IMG/VR virus record: IMGVR_UViG_3300032087_006189
Strand: one strand, 5' to 3'
From: a virus
Length of the DNA: 64,000 bases
This document shows positions 25,930 to 34,919 of this stretch, piece by piece (the first letter of the stretch is position 1; each line of letters opens with the position of its first letter). The position numbers and the translations under genes are program-made. The notes beneath the pieces are model-generated. The model made no database searches, had not been told where the DNA came from, and saw only the letters and a program-made list of their open reading frames with translations.

Positions 25930-26472
25930 ATGAGCTCTTTCGCAGTCAATGCGTTTGCCCGCCGCCAGACTCCCGAGTCTGGCTTCTCCCACTTCGGTGG
26001 GACGGAATGCGAGCTTCTCGCCATCGTCGAAGAGAACTTCGGCAACGCCAATCCCGGCTACCGGGATGGTGTTGTGCTGGTCCCGGTCCCGCCGGAGGGG
26101 TTCTTCTCCGGGGTCACCACCCTCACCGCCGGCCAGAAGATGGTCGGCACCTTCGAGTCCCGTAGGGACGGCGAAGCGCCCCGCAAGCAGCTTCGTGCTG
26201 CTGAGGGCGCAAAGCTTCCCGCAGCTGCCGTTGACATCGTTCTGTACCGGAACGACGTCCTCGGCTCCGACGCCACCACGGAGGCCACCTGGGAGGTGAT
26301 CTCCATCAACGCTCGGCCAACGGCCGAGCCGGAGCCAATCCATCCGGAAACGCTGCTCCACAACCACTTCGGAAGCTCTGGGGGCACTGAGACCGGCATG
26401 ACCGATGCGGAGCTGTGCCACCAGCTCCGCGAGTCTTTCCTGTACTGGAAGGACAAGGCCATGCTGGCCTGA
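25930..26472 (+). CDS. DUF3228-like protein
   Basis: NAFARRQ...GYRDG...VDIVLY...WEVISINA...PIHPETLLHNH...SGGT; strong RBS. Confidence 0.7.
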   Translation: MSSFAVNAFARRQTPESGFSHFGGTECELLAIVEENFGNANPGYRDGVVLVPVPPEGFFSGVTTLTAGQKMVGTFESRRDGEAPRKQLRAAEGAKLPAAAVDIVLYRNDVLGSDATTEATWEVISINARPTAEPEPIHPETLLHNHFGSSGGTETGMTDAELCHQLRESFLYWKDKAMLA

Positions 26473-26531
26473 TTCTCAAGAGGGGCCGATTCGTCGGTCC
26501 CTCTCCCATGTTTTCACCAAAGGAGGCCATC

Positions 26532-26819
26532 ATGGCTGAAACTGTCGTCGTCACTCGCCATGCTGCGTATGTGCAGCACCTCATCAACATCGGGCTCATC
26601 GAATCCGGCTGCGAAGTCGTCGGACACGCCACAGCCGAGACTGTGGCAGGGAAACATGTGATCACCAGCGGCTTGCCGCTGCACCTTGCCGCGCTTGCGG
26701 CGAAGCTCACGACTGTGGGCCTCTTTCTGCCGCCCGAGCTCCGCGGCAAGGAACTCACCCTTGAGGAGGTGGCCGCGCACGCGCAGCCGCCCGCGTCCTA
26801 CGTCGTCACTGCGGCGTAG
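26532..26819 (+). CDS. Csx16 (Cas_VVA1548)-like protein, candidate ring nuclease
   Basis: VVTRH...LPLHLAA...LPPELRGKELTLEE signature; AAGGAGG RBS. Confidence 0.75.
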   Translation: MAETVVVTRHAAYVQHLINIGLIESGCEVVGHATAETVAGKHVITSGLPLHLAALAAKLTTVGLFLPPELRGKELTLEEVAAHAQPPASYVVTAA

Positions 26820-26906
26820 TGGCCCGCCCTCCGGGGCGGGCAGGGCCTTCGGGCCCTTCGTTAGCCCGTACTCCGTGTTACGTGGCAGGGCTTTTGGAGT
26901 CCTATC

Positions 26907-27089
26907 ATGTTCCTCATCCTACTCTTCGCCTTCGATCAACCCAAGCCACCTGAGTGCGTCATTGACCAGTGCGAGGCAGAAATCTGCCTTGTTGATACCC
27001 CAGAGGGCATGGTCTCTGTTCCCAAGAAACGCCACTACAAAGAGGGCACCCCAGTGGAGTGCCCTCTGTACCTGATTGAGCCTACCTGA
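26907..27089 (+). CDS. Small Cys-containing protein
   Basis: GGAG RBS; 60 aa. Confidence 0.55.
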   Translation: MFLILLFAFDQPKPPECVIDQCEAEICLVDTPEGMVSVPKKRHYKEGTPVECPLYLIEPT

Positions 27090-27908
27090 CTACCACTCGT
27101 CGAGGAGTGTGTAGCTGAAGGTGGCGCGGCCAGTCTTCTCGACCTGCATGTGTGCGAGTTCCATCATGCGGGCGAAGCCGACCTGAGTGGCATGGACCTG
27201 ACAGCCTGCAGACCACTTGTTGACCTGAGTAGACTCACCGCCGACTCGCTGAGTCGCGGCGTGCAAGTTGATGCCGTACAGACCGCGGACGATGGTAGCG
27301 GGGTCCATGTCAAGGTTGTTGTCCCGGTTGGAGTCTCGGTAGACGCGAACCTCACCGTTCCGCTGACACAGGGCGGTGTACTTTCCACCGTGCTTGTCGA
27401 TCTTCCACACATCAAGGTACTGGCCCTCTACAAGAATGGCTGTCCCGGACGACTTGCTGGGGTTTTCCAGCCAGTAGGTTCCGGGGTCGGTGGTTCCGGG
27501 CCAGTACTCTACATTGCAGGTACCGCCTTCATCAAACCACGCACAGCCGAGGGTGTCGTCAAATGCGTTTGCTTCACGGCTGGGGCTGCGGATGCCAAAG
27601 AGCCAGAGTCGGTAAGGTGTGTCCCACACCTGATGCCCCAGCTCTTGCGCCTTCTTCATCACGGGAGGAAGACCCTCTGATTGGATGGTGATGCTGGGCT
27701 TTGAGGAGGCCATCAGCTCTGCCCAAGTACCCCGACCGATGATGCCGTCGGCATCCAGCCCCTTTGCCCGCTGAAAGGCAACAGCTGCAGCCGCAGTTCC
27801 TTTCCCGAAGATCCCGTCTACATCGCAGGTGAAGCCGTGCTCATTCAGCTTCTGCTGTGCGAGCTTGACTGCGTCACCACGAGATCCAACTTTTACCAAC
27901 TGCATCAT
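27090..27908 (-). CDS. Putative endolysin: peptidoglycan-binding domain + His/Cys (L,D-transpeptidase-like) catalytic domain
   Basis: PG_binding_1 pattern (GSRGDAVK..Q..L...DGIFGKGT..AV.AFQ...DGIIG..TW); GINLH...WSAGCQV. Confidence 0.75.
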   Translation of the reverse strand: MMQLVKVGSRGDAVKLAQQKLNEHGFTCDVDGIFGKGTAAAAVAFQRAKGLDADGIIGRGTWAELMASSKPSITIQSEGLPPVMKKAQELGHQVWDTPYRLWLFGIRSPSREANAFDDTLGCAWFDEGGTCNVEYWPGTTDPGTYWLENPSKSSGTAILVEGQYLDVWKIDKHGGKYTALCQRNGEVRVYRDSNRDNNLDMDPATIVRGLYGINLHAATQRVGGESTQVNKWSAGCQVHATQVGFARMMELAHMQVEKTGRATFSYTLLDEW

Positions 27909-27969
27909 GCCTCCAAAAAGTGGGCGTTTGGGGTCATAAGCAGTGTAACCATAGACAGGAGGTATATCT

Positions 27970-28413
27970 ATGGAAGAAACTCACGACTACAAGCTGGATC
28001 GCTCCAAGTGGCCTGCGGGACCGTGGGACGAAGAGCCTGCTGACAAGGTCAACTGGATCGACCCGGAAACGGGACTCGATTGTATGATGCTCCGAAATGG
28101 CCTCGGCGCGTGGTGCGGGTACGTCGGGCTCCCGCCTGGACATCGTCACCACGGCACCGAGTACGGCGAGCTGTACTCGTTCTACAATGATGTGCACGGA
28201 GGACTGACCTACAGCGACTCTTGCTCTGGACACATTTGCCATGTCCCAGAAGAAGGTCGTCCAGACAATGTCTGGTGGGTGGGATTCGACTGCAGCCATC
28301 TGGGCGACCGGGCCCCAAATGACTACGGATGGCGCAATGGGACGTACTGCACCCAGGAGTACGTGAAGAAGGAAGTCGAGATGCTCGCCAAGCTGGTCTC
28401 GGCTTTCCGGTGA
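27970..28413 (+). CDS. Conserved phage hypothetical protein
   Basis: WCGYVG...VHGGLTY...WWVGFDCSH; promoter motif at 27933; AGGAGG RBS. Confidence 0.8.
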   Translation: MEETHDYKLDRSKWPAGPWDEEPADKVNWIDPETGLDCMMLRNGLGAWCGYVGLPPGHRHHGTEYGELYSFYNDVHGGLTYSDSCSGHICHVPEEGRPDNVWWVGFDCSHLGDRAPNDYGWRNGTYCTQEYVKKEVEMLAKLVSAFR

Positions 28414-28613
28414 ACAACTACGAGGCCGCGATGATCGCCGAGGGGGTCATGGAACCCCCCGGCGACACGCCAGAAAAGAGAGAGGCCGCGTACATCGCTG
28501 CGTGGCAAAAGCTCATCGACACAGGCCTTGCATGGGAACTGCAGGGCTGGTTCGGTCGTCGCGCTAAGCAGATGATTGAGGAGGGACTATGCAAGTCCGC
28601 ACCTCGCACGTAG
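28410..28613 (+). CDS. Conserved small phage protein
   Basis: AAWQKLIDTGLAWELQGWFGR; GTGA overlap with the upstream stop. Confidence 0.7.
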   Translation: MNNYEAAMIAEGVMEPPGDTPEKREAAYIAAWQKLIDTGLAWELQGWFGRRAKQMIEEGLCKSAPRT

Positions 28614-28873
28614 TCGCCGTCCTATCACTCACCGCTCTCCCGGTGCTGTTTCTTATGAGCCGGGTGGAGGACTCTCTCCGAGAGATGCAGGCGAGTGTGG
28701 ACACGAAGGTCACGCTGGCGCAGGGCAAGGCTTCATACCTGCCCGGCGCCGCGTGCGTCATTGCAGCTTCGCCAGAACAGACCCCGGCGGACATCGTCAA
28801 CTTCGCGCGGGCATGCGCGAAGTCACACGAGCTTTGGCTCGAGGAGAATGCAGATGGACGAGAAGATCGTTGA
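28589..28873 (+). CDS. Small membrane-anchored protein
   Basis: N-terminal TM helix; GAGGGA RBS. Confidence 0.65.
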   Translation: MQVRTSHVVAVLSLTALPVLFLMSRVEDSLREMQASVDTKVTLAQGKASYLPGAACVIAASPEQTPADIVNFARACAKSHELWLEENADGREDR

Positions 28874-29024
28874 CCGCTGCTGGTCCTGCGGCGGAAACAT
28901 GGTGGAACGAGAATCTCCGACCATCATCGTGGTCGCCTGTGACCGCAAGGGCTGTCCTGCGGTCTACACGAAGAAGAAGAAGCGTAAATCGTAAAATACA
29001 CGCGTTTTGCGTCATAATAGATGT

Positions 29025-29805
29025 AGAGAGAAGGTGTAAGCCTTCGTGACGCGGAGCCATCAGTTTGGCGCAAGCTCCGTGTGCCGCGCCCCGCTCCCAG
29101 CCTCCAGGTGTACCCGGGCTGGGGATCAAGCGGAAAGCTGCTACGGCAGTGAGATTGTGTACACCCGGCTGACCCGGCCGTAAGGTAGTGGATCGGATCT
29201 ACCAGGGCATCTTTTCGGCTGCTCAGCAGCTGCCCCTTCGGGGGAACGGCCTGTGCTTCGGGCAGCTGCCCCCTTCGGGGGGAACGGGCAACCTCTTGAG
29301 CAAGAGGCAAAACTGCTCCCGTCGCGCAAGCTCCGGTCACCCTTGAGGTGTGAATACGCAAGCGAGGAACAAAGACCGCCCTCGTAAAAACCAGTCTTCG
29401 TCCCCTATCCAGTGCGGGGATCGGCCTTCGGGCAAGAACGGGAGATCGGGCCTAACAAGCCCCCTTCTGGATCCATCTGGGATGAGCGCACAGAGCACCC
29501 GAAATAAAGCATGGAGGCGGTAGCGCTCGCTGCAATTCTGCAGCACCCGGGGCCCTTCGGGGCCCTGGGCCCTCATCTATAAATCCCTCAAACGCTGCGA
29601 CCAAATGAGGGTGAAAAGGTCGCTCGCTCGTGGTGCAATAAACTCTGCTCCCGCCACGAGCTTTCAGCCAATTGGCGAAATGGGGAGCCATACAAAGCCG
29701 TCGATCCCGTACGCATTCACGGGGGAGGCTTTTACCACCCGGGCAGGAATGCGTGCCCATTTACAACCTGAAGGGGGGAGAGCTACCACTCTCCCCCCTT
29801 CTTTT
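29025..29805 (+). ncRNA. Large structured non-coding RNA (~780 nt), unassigned class
   Basis: GTCATAAT promoter motif at 29011 with no RBS or ORF after it; dense hairpins with UUCG/UACG loops; pseudoknots; kissing loop; terminator at 29770-29805. 5' end approximate. Confidence 0.8.
29770..29805 (+). terminator. Intrinsic terminator of the ncRNA
   Basis: GAAGGGGGGAGAG/CTCTCCCCCCTTC 13-bp stem + TTTT. Confidence 0.85.
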
Positions 29806-29861
29806 AAATAATGCTTCTTTTAGGCTATAAGATACTGCAACCCAACAATAGGAGTACTGAT

Positions 29862-30140
29862 ATGGCCCCAGAAATTGAGTGGTGCGGCGAGATTGATGTT
29901 CCTGATGACATCCTGGCAATCGCCAACAAGTACAAAAGCTCGGTCCTGTTTATGGGGGCGCTGTCCTATCACGGACACCCAAAGTACGCAGAAGAGCTGT
30001 GGGAACAGGCTTCGGAAAGCGCGCGTGACCGCATGCTTCGCGCGGGAGTCCTGAGGGAGTTCCTCAAGACTGGAGACGAGATGGAGAGGACGTACTCAAA
30101 TGCGTTCTTCATGACGCAGGGCATTGACCTACGGCTCTAA
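29862..30140 (+). CDS. Hypothetical protein
   Basis: AGGAG RBS; MAPEIEWCG... Confidence 0.7.
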   Translation: MAPEIEWCGEIDVPDDILAIANKYKSSVLFMGALSYHGHPKYAEELWEQASESARDRMLRAGVLREFLKTGDEMERTYSNAFFMTQGIDLRL

Positions 30141-30201
30141 AAAACAGCCAATAAACCGCCATAATATAAATACCCAAGAGAGACATAGTAAGGAGGTCAT
30201 C

Positions 30202-30675
30202 ATGGGTTTCAGCAAGAGTGACAAGCGCGCCGCCGAGACCTTCGGCGGAATCTTCACCAACGCGATGACCGCCATGGGCGAAGTCATCGCGAAGGTCCGC
30301 GACATCGACATGAACGGACTGGAAAGCTCCGACAAGAAGGAGGTGCTGCTCGGAGAGCAGCGCGCTCAGGTAGAAATCATGAAGGACACCAACGAGACCG
30401 CGATGGGAATCTTTGAGAAGGTTCTGCCGCTGGCTCTCCAGATGGGCAACGAGGTGGCGGAGCAGAACCGGCAGCGCTCCAAGGCCCGCATGATGGAAGC
30501 AGAGGCCCGCCTCATCGAGGCACGGGCACGCGCGGCCGAGGTCGAGGTGAAGCGGCTGAATGCCCAGAGCGAGCGCCTCAAGGCGACCCGGCTCCGCGGG
30601 TGGGGCGGAGATGTCGCTCCGGACGAGGAGGAGCTTGCAGAGTACTACACGAGCAAGAAGACCGTGGAGTGCTGA
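30202..30675 (+). CDS. Hypothetical coiled-coil protein
   Basis: GCCATAAT at 30158, AAGGAGG RBS, terminator hairpin downstream. Confidence 0.75.
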   Translation: MGFSKSDKRAAETFGGIFTNAMTAMGEVIAKVRDIDMNGLESSDKKEVLLGEQRAQVEIMKDTNETAMGIFEKVLPLALQMGNEVAEQNRQRSKARMMEAEARLIEARARAAEVEVKRLNAQSERLKATRLRGWGGDVAPDEEELAEYYTSKKTVEC

Positions 30676-30720
30676 GTGAAAGGTGCGGGCCCCTTCGGGG
30701 GCCCGCCCTCCGTGGGCGAA

Positions 30721-31932
30721 CTATTTAGCTGCCTGTTGGTCCTTGTAGCGCTTGTACGCAAGTCCTGCTCCGATTCCGCCAAGCCCAAGGGCTCCACCAA
30801 TCAGCAGCTTCTTACTGATCGGCGACAAGGTTCTTGACGAGGCTGCCGGAATGGATGCCGGAATGGTTCGAGGGGCCGAGGAAGAGTACTCGATTGTCCC
30901 AAGGTTGTCCGCGATCCGCGCCGCATCTGCGGCCACGCTTCGTCGCGCACGACTACGGGCACTCTCCCCCAGTATCGGCCTCAGTCCGCCTTGAGCGCGC
31001 TGCTTCCGCAGCTTATCGACAAAAGTTTCCTGCCGAACCTTTCCGCCTCGGACTTTCTTCTTTTGTCGGGAGCCGGGCTTTCCATCGCCGAAGGATTCGC
31101 GAACGCGCCGCTTGTCTGAATCCATCAGTTTAAAGATGTCGTCGGACTCCGATGCATTTGGGTAATATCCGCCGGTACCGTACATCTTTCCTTCGGCGGC
31201 CAAACGATTAAAGCGTTCTTGATCGTCAACAATGAAGTCTACAACCTTCATGTTGCCGCTCGGAGTAATCATCATATTGCCGGGGTGGGCTACTCCGTAC
31301 CTATGGAGGTAGACATCTCGAAGGTTGTAACCTCCGATGCCGTTATTCACCAGTTCTCTATTTGCACGTTCCTGGGCCTCCCGCGCAAAATTATCTGCTA
31401 GGAAGCTATCATTTCGAGTCCACTTCGGATTGTACGTTTGAGCGTTGTCGAGATCTTGTCCTTGGACATACTCCTTGAGCATGTAGCCATAGCCGCCGCG
31501 GTTTTTTCGGGCCTCCCCCTTGGTGTAGATCTTGCCAAAAGCGGAGTCCCCCTCCAAGGCCTCTCCTACGCGAACCTTCCGATCTTCTTGACCAGGGACG
31601 TAGAGCTTGCCTTGGCGATCATAGGTCTTTCGGATTGCGACTTGATCTGGCGCATCCTTTGCTCCAATGACCAAGTCTGCGATGCCTTCGGCGCCGCCCG
31701 CTATCCTCCCGCGACCCTTGCGTCGGCCCTTTCCTACTTCTCCGGGATTGACCAGAAAGGTCCCCTCTTCGGAGTTCTTCAAGACACCCGCGGCTTGGAG
31801 CTGCTGGGCAAGCTCATTGGCTTCGTCGACCTTTCCCTCTCGCAAGAGCTTGCGCAGCTCCTTGATCTGGCGAGGAGCTGCAAGTTTGCGCATTTCGGAG
31901 GCATAAGCTGTTTTGAGGAGGCCGTATTTCAT
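30721..31932 (-). CDS. Protein-kinase-like protein with KxA leader and C-terminal TM anchor
   Basis: IAGGAEGIA (Gly loop), VAIRK, EYVQG, D...HPGN, KVVDF; leader MKYGLLKTAYASEMRKLAA; C-terminal LLIGGALGLGGIGAGLAY. Confidence 0.65.
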   Translation of the reverse strand: MKYGLLKTAYASEMRKLAAPRQIKELRKLLREGKVDEANELAQQLQAAGVLKNSEEGTFLVNPGEVGKGRRKGRGRIAGGAEGIADLVIGAKDAPDQVAIRKTYDRQGKLYVPGQEDRKVRVGEALEGDSAFGKIYTKGEARKNRGGYGYMLKEYVQGQDLDNAQTYNPKWTRNDSFLADNFAREAQERANRELVNNGIGGYNLRDVYLHRYGVAHPGNMMITPSGNMKVVDFIVDDQERFNRLAAEGKMYGTGGYYPNASESDDIFKLMDSDKRRVRESFGDGKPGSRQKKKVRGGKVRQETFVDKLRKQRAQGGLRPILGESARSRARRSVAADAARIADNLGTIEYSSSAPRTIPASIPAASSRTLSPISKKLLIGGALGLGGIGAGLAYKRYKDQQAAK

Positions 31933-32209
31933 AGGTCTTCCAGGAGGAGTGAATGGACGATTGGTACCCATTGGTCGTGATTGTATACCTTCACGACATC
32001 CCCAGCAATCCAAAGGACATCCGCAGAGAGCGGACCATGGGGATCTTCTACATTCAGGAAATCGACGACTTTACAGAAGTTGCTGAAATCCTATCACCAG
32101 ACATGGTTGAGCGCTTTGGCGGCAATCCAAATATCAAGAAGGTGACTGTATCTCGAAACAGGATGGTTCCCTTCTGGAGGGGCGACGCTCTAAAAGTAAC
32201 GCAAAATCC

Positions 32210-32227
32210 GTCATAATATAGATAGCC
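32210..32227 (+). promoter_or_regulatory. Representative copy of the recurring promoter-like motif GTCATAA(T/G), here GTCATAATATAGATAGCC
   Basis: Identical 18-mer at 32704 and 34879, near-identical at 35923 and 37178. Core also at 2756, 22010, 25347, 27933, 29011, 35427, 36419, 37534, 38053, 40290, 48030, 56863, typically shortly upstream of an RBS. Confidence 0.85.
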
Positions 32228-32252
32228 AAGGACAATACTAAGGAGGTGCCTC

Positions 32253-32642
32253 ATGGCTATCGAACAATACGAGCTTCAAGTCCGCCGTGCCCGTCGCGCG
32301 TTCCTCGCTGCTCGCGATGATCACGACCGCTGGAATCTGCCCAGCACTGAGCGCAAGCTCAAGAAGACCCGACAGGAGCTGGACTGGGCGGTGGAAGATC
32401 TCCGCCGGGCAGAGCGCCGAGCAGAGCGCCGGGAGGTGCGGGCGTACTTCTACGACCCCGCCGACAAGGAGCGGCTCATCCGCGAAGGCGAACGGGCCAT
32501 GGACGAGCGTCGCCGAGAGATCTTCCGCAAGGAGGCTGCCCGGCAGAAGGGGGTCGCGGATGCCAACCTGGCCGCGGGCGCTGCCGTCGCTGGTGGCCTC
32601 GCACTGGCCGCCCTCGTCGGGTTCCTGGCGGGCGACGACTGA
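32253..32642 (+). CDS. Hypothetical protein with C-terminal TM helix
   Basis: Cassette gene with promoter motif, AAGGAGG RBS and double hairpin terminator. Confidence 0.8.
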   Translation: MAIEQYELQVRRARRAFLAARDDHDRWNLPSTERKLKKTRQELDWAVEDLRRAERRAERREVRAYFYDPADKERLIREGERAMDERRREIFRKEAARQKGVADANLAAGAAVAGGLALAALVGFLAGDD

Positions 32643-32735
32643 GATGGGGGCCCTTCGGGGCCCCCGGCCCTTCGGGGCCAGTTTTTAAGTGTTGGTTTTT
32701 TGCGTCATAATATAGATAGCCACAAGGAGGTACTC

Positions 32736-33041
32736 ATGGCTATTCCTGAATGGGTTGAAGAGATTCCTGTCGAGCATCAGCCAGCCGCGCTCGCGCTGCT
32801 GGCCGGACCTGAAGAGGTCCGAGTTCTGCTCGAGAGGGCAGCAGCAGAGCGGGAGATGGGAAAGATCAACACGGAGCCTCCAGAATGGGTTCTGCGGGCA
32901 GTTCGAGACCTGCGCCCGCTGTCCCGGAAGTTCATTGTCCGCTGCTTTGCGGAGGTCGGACTCGACTTTCCCGAAAATGACTGGACCCGGAGCCTCGGCT
33001 TCGGAGACGGCTGCAACTGGACTCCTATCATCACCAACTGA
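32736..33041 (+). CDS. Hypothetical protein
   Basis: Promoter motif at 32704; AAGGAGG RBS. Confidence 0.75.
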   Translation: MAIPEWVEEIPVEHQPAALALLAGPEEVRVLLERAAAEREMGKINTEPPEWVLRAVRDLRPLSRKFIVRCFAEVGLDFPENDWTRSLGFGDGCNWTPIITN

Positions 33042-33050
33042 GGAAGTACG

Positions 33051-33281
33051 ATGGGCATGTTTTCGATTCGAGAGGCTCGTGAAATCAACGAGCTGAAGAA
33101 GACCCCGGAAGAGATCCCTGCGGAGGGCAGTCTCCAGTTTCTTCCATACGGCGATACCTACGCCGAATGGGAGGAGCCCAAGCCGTCCATGAGCAAGGAG
33201 GAGCTCGAGCAGGTTTATCAGAACCTGCTTGAAGCTGCGGGGATCGCAGAAACTGCGGTTTCCGCGACAAATCGCTGGTAA
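33051..33281 (+). CDS. Hypothetical protein
   Basis: GAGG RBS; GAAA-loop hairpin after the stop. Confidence 0.7.
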   Translation: MGMFSIREAREINELKKTPEEIPAEGSLQFLPYGDTYAEWEEPKPSMSKEELEQVYQNLLEAAGIAETAVSATNRW

Positions 33282-33401
33282 GGATGCGGGCCCCGAAAGG
33301 GGCCCGCACTCCGCAGGCGACTGCCTTAGCTCTACATAGTAGATGGAAAAAGGGGCATTAATCGGGCATAACTGCATTGCCACATAAATATAGGAGGCAG
33401 T

Positions 33402-33947
33402 ATGCAGAGAGCACCGTATGGGTACGACCCAACGCAGAAGGTGCGGGAGTTTCGAGGTCGGGTTCGAGAGGGAAATCTCCTTCTCGCGCAGCACATTGTA
33501 GTTCCCATCAAAGAGGGGGGACTGGCCTACGGCAGCGTATCTACGCAGTTCCTATCTCTTTACCCGGGAGTTGAGATTCCAGACCTGGAGTTCCGGCAGG
33601 CACGCACAATCGTCCTTGATCGAGAGCACGGCAGGACGGTGACCTTCGTGTGCTTTTGGAACGACAACGTAAAGTACGACGCAAACCACATCTCAATCTG
33701 TGCGAATCGAGCAATCGTCTCGTTTAGCACCGCCTGTATGATGGATCCTGAGCGGTTCAACATCAGGTGGCTTGATGAAGACCGGACCCTGTCTCTTCCC
33801 CTGTTCAAGGGATGCGAGGGGAGCCCACACAATGTGGCCTGCCTCGAGGTTGAGATCTGCGATACGCAGGAAAGACTGGATCGCGGCGTCATCTGTCCGT
33901 GCGAAGTCGAGATTGTAGTGCGGAACAAGGAAAGGGTTCCCTCTTAG
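33402..33947 (+). CDS. Hypothetical protein
   Basis: AGGAGG RBS; 181 aa. Confidence 0.75.
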   Translation: MQRAPYGYDPTQKVREFRGRVREGNLLLAQHIVVPIKEGGLAYGSVSTQFLSLYPGVEIPDLEFRQARTIVLDREHGRTVTFVCFWNDNVKYDANHISICANRAIVSFSTACMMDPERFNIRWLDEDRTLSLPLFKGCEGSPHNVACLEVEICDTQERLDRGVICPCEVEIVVRNKERVPS

Positions 33948-34855
33948 AGGTAGTCCACCCCTTCAAGGTTCCGCACAAACCGCTCCTCCACTTCCTGTGG
34001 GCCCACTGGTTGCGCTCCCGCAAGAAACCTTTGGGCCCACGCCTTGGCCTTTCTGGCCTTCTCGGTGCCGCCCAAGGTCTCGTCGAGCATCTCCGGGAAC
34101 TCGTCTGCAGGGATGTCCTCAATAGACTCCGCGGCGTCCAGAAGCCCGATTTGGCGCATGCGTGCTTCCAGCATCGCCGCGCGCCGTGCTTCCTGTCGGG
34201 CAGGGCTTTGTGCCCATTCGATTCCGTGCTCGTCCACCTGTCGCAGCAGGGTGGGCAGATTCGGTCTGCGCGATGGATTCAAGATTGCAATGTCGCCCTC
34301 TCCCAGTTGGTAATCCCCTCGAACACGGGCCAACATGGGTGCTCTTTTACCTGTCGCTTGGTGAACTCCGCCCAAGATGAGCTTCTGCTGGTCATCCTTG
34401 CTCAGCCTTTCGAGATTTGCGAAGATTCCTTCTGAGTCTCGACTTGCAAAGAATCGATCTCCTGCGTCCTCGTACCCGAACCCTCTCCCGAAATAGACGT
34501 CTTTGAGTCCTGGGGGCGTGTACTGGGCGCGCTCTCCAACACTTCCCGGGATCGCACCGTCTCGCAGGATCTTTTCCATTGCGGGGAGGCCGCCGTAGGT
34601 CGTGTCGTGAGTCAAGAAGCCGCGGTCTGTTACATATTTACTGAGAAAAGAGTCGGTTTCCGGTATTGCATCTCGGTACCCCTTGAGCAATCGACGGAAC
34701 TGCGGGACCGCATCTGATTCACTGACCAGAGTCCGAAGTTTTTTGGGAATCGCTGCGAGCTTCTCAAGCTCATCTACAAAAAACTGGAATGTCGCGGTGT
34801 CCATGCCGGCCCTCTTTGGCGCCATACTAACATGTGGGAAGAGATTCGTACTCAT
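33944..34855 (-). CDS. Putative virion cargo protein with FFVDELEKLA leader; possible ADP-ribosyltransferase-like fold
   Basis: Leader motif; LTHDTT...KILRDGAI...DVYF resembles the H-x-T...IL..G...VYF pattern of ART folds. Confidence 0.55.
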   Translation of the reverse strand: MSTNLFPHVSMAPKRAGMDTATFQFFVDELEKLAAIPKKLRTLVSESDAVPQFRRLLKGYRDAIPETDSFLSKYVTDRGFLTHDTTYGGLPAMEKILRDGAIPGSVGERAQYTPPGLKDVYFGRGFGYEDAGDRFFASRDSEGIFANLERLSKDDQQKLILGGVHQATGKRAPMLARVRGDYQLGEGDIAILNPSRRPNLPTLLRQVDEHGIEWAQSPARQEARRAAMLEARMRQIGLLDAAESIEDIPADEFPEMLDETLGGTEKARKAKAWAQRFLAGAQPVGPQEVEERFVRNLEGVDYL

Positions 34856-34919
34856 TTGTTAATTTAGGGAGTATTTCTGTCATAATATAGATAGCCAAGA
34901 ACAACAGTTGAGGTGTTTC

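Noticed and set aside
29025-29805. tmRNA, RNase P RNA, or group I/II intron as the identity of the large RNA
   Set aside because: No tRNA-like ends or T-loop, no GAGGAAAGUCC RNase P core, no recognisable intron core or interrupted host gene; it has its own promoter motif and terminator.
28924-29811. ORF-track ORFs over the ncRNA (28924-29361, 29141-29329, 29337-29576, 29452-29760, 29605-29811)
   Set aside because: No RBS, Pro/Arg/Gly-rich composition typical of chance GC-rich frames, mutually overlapping.
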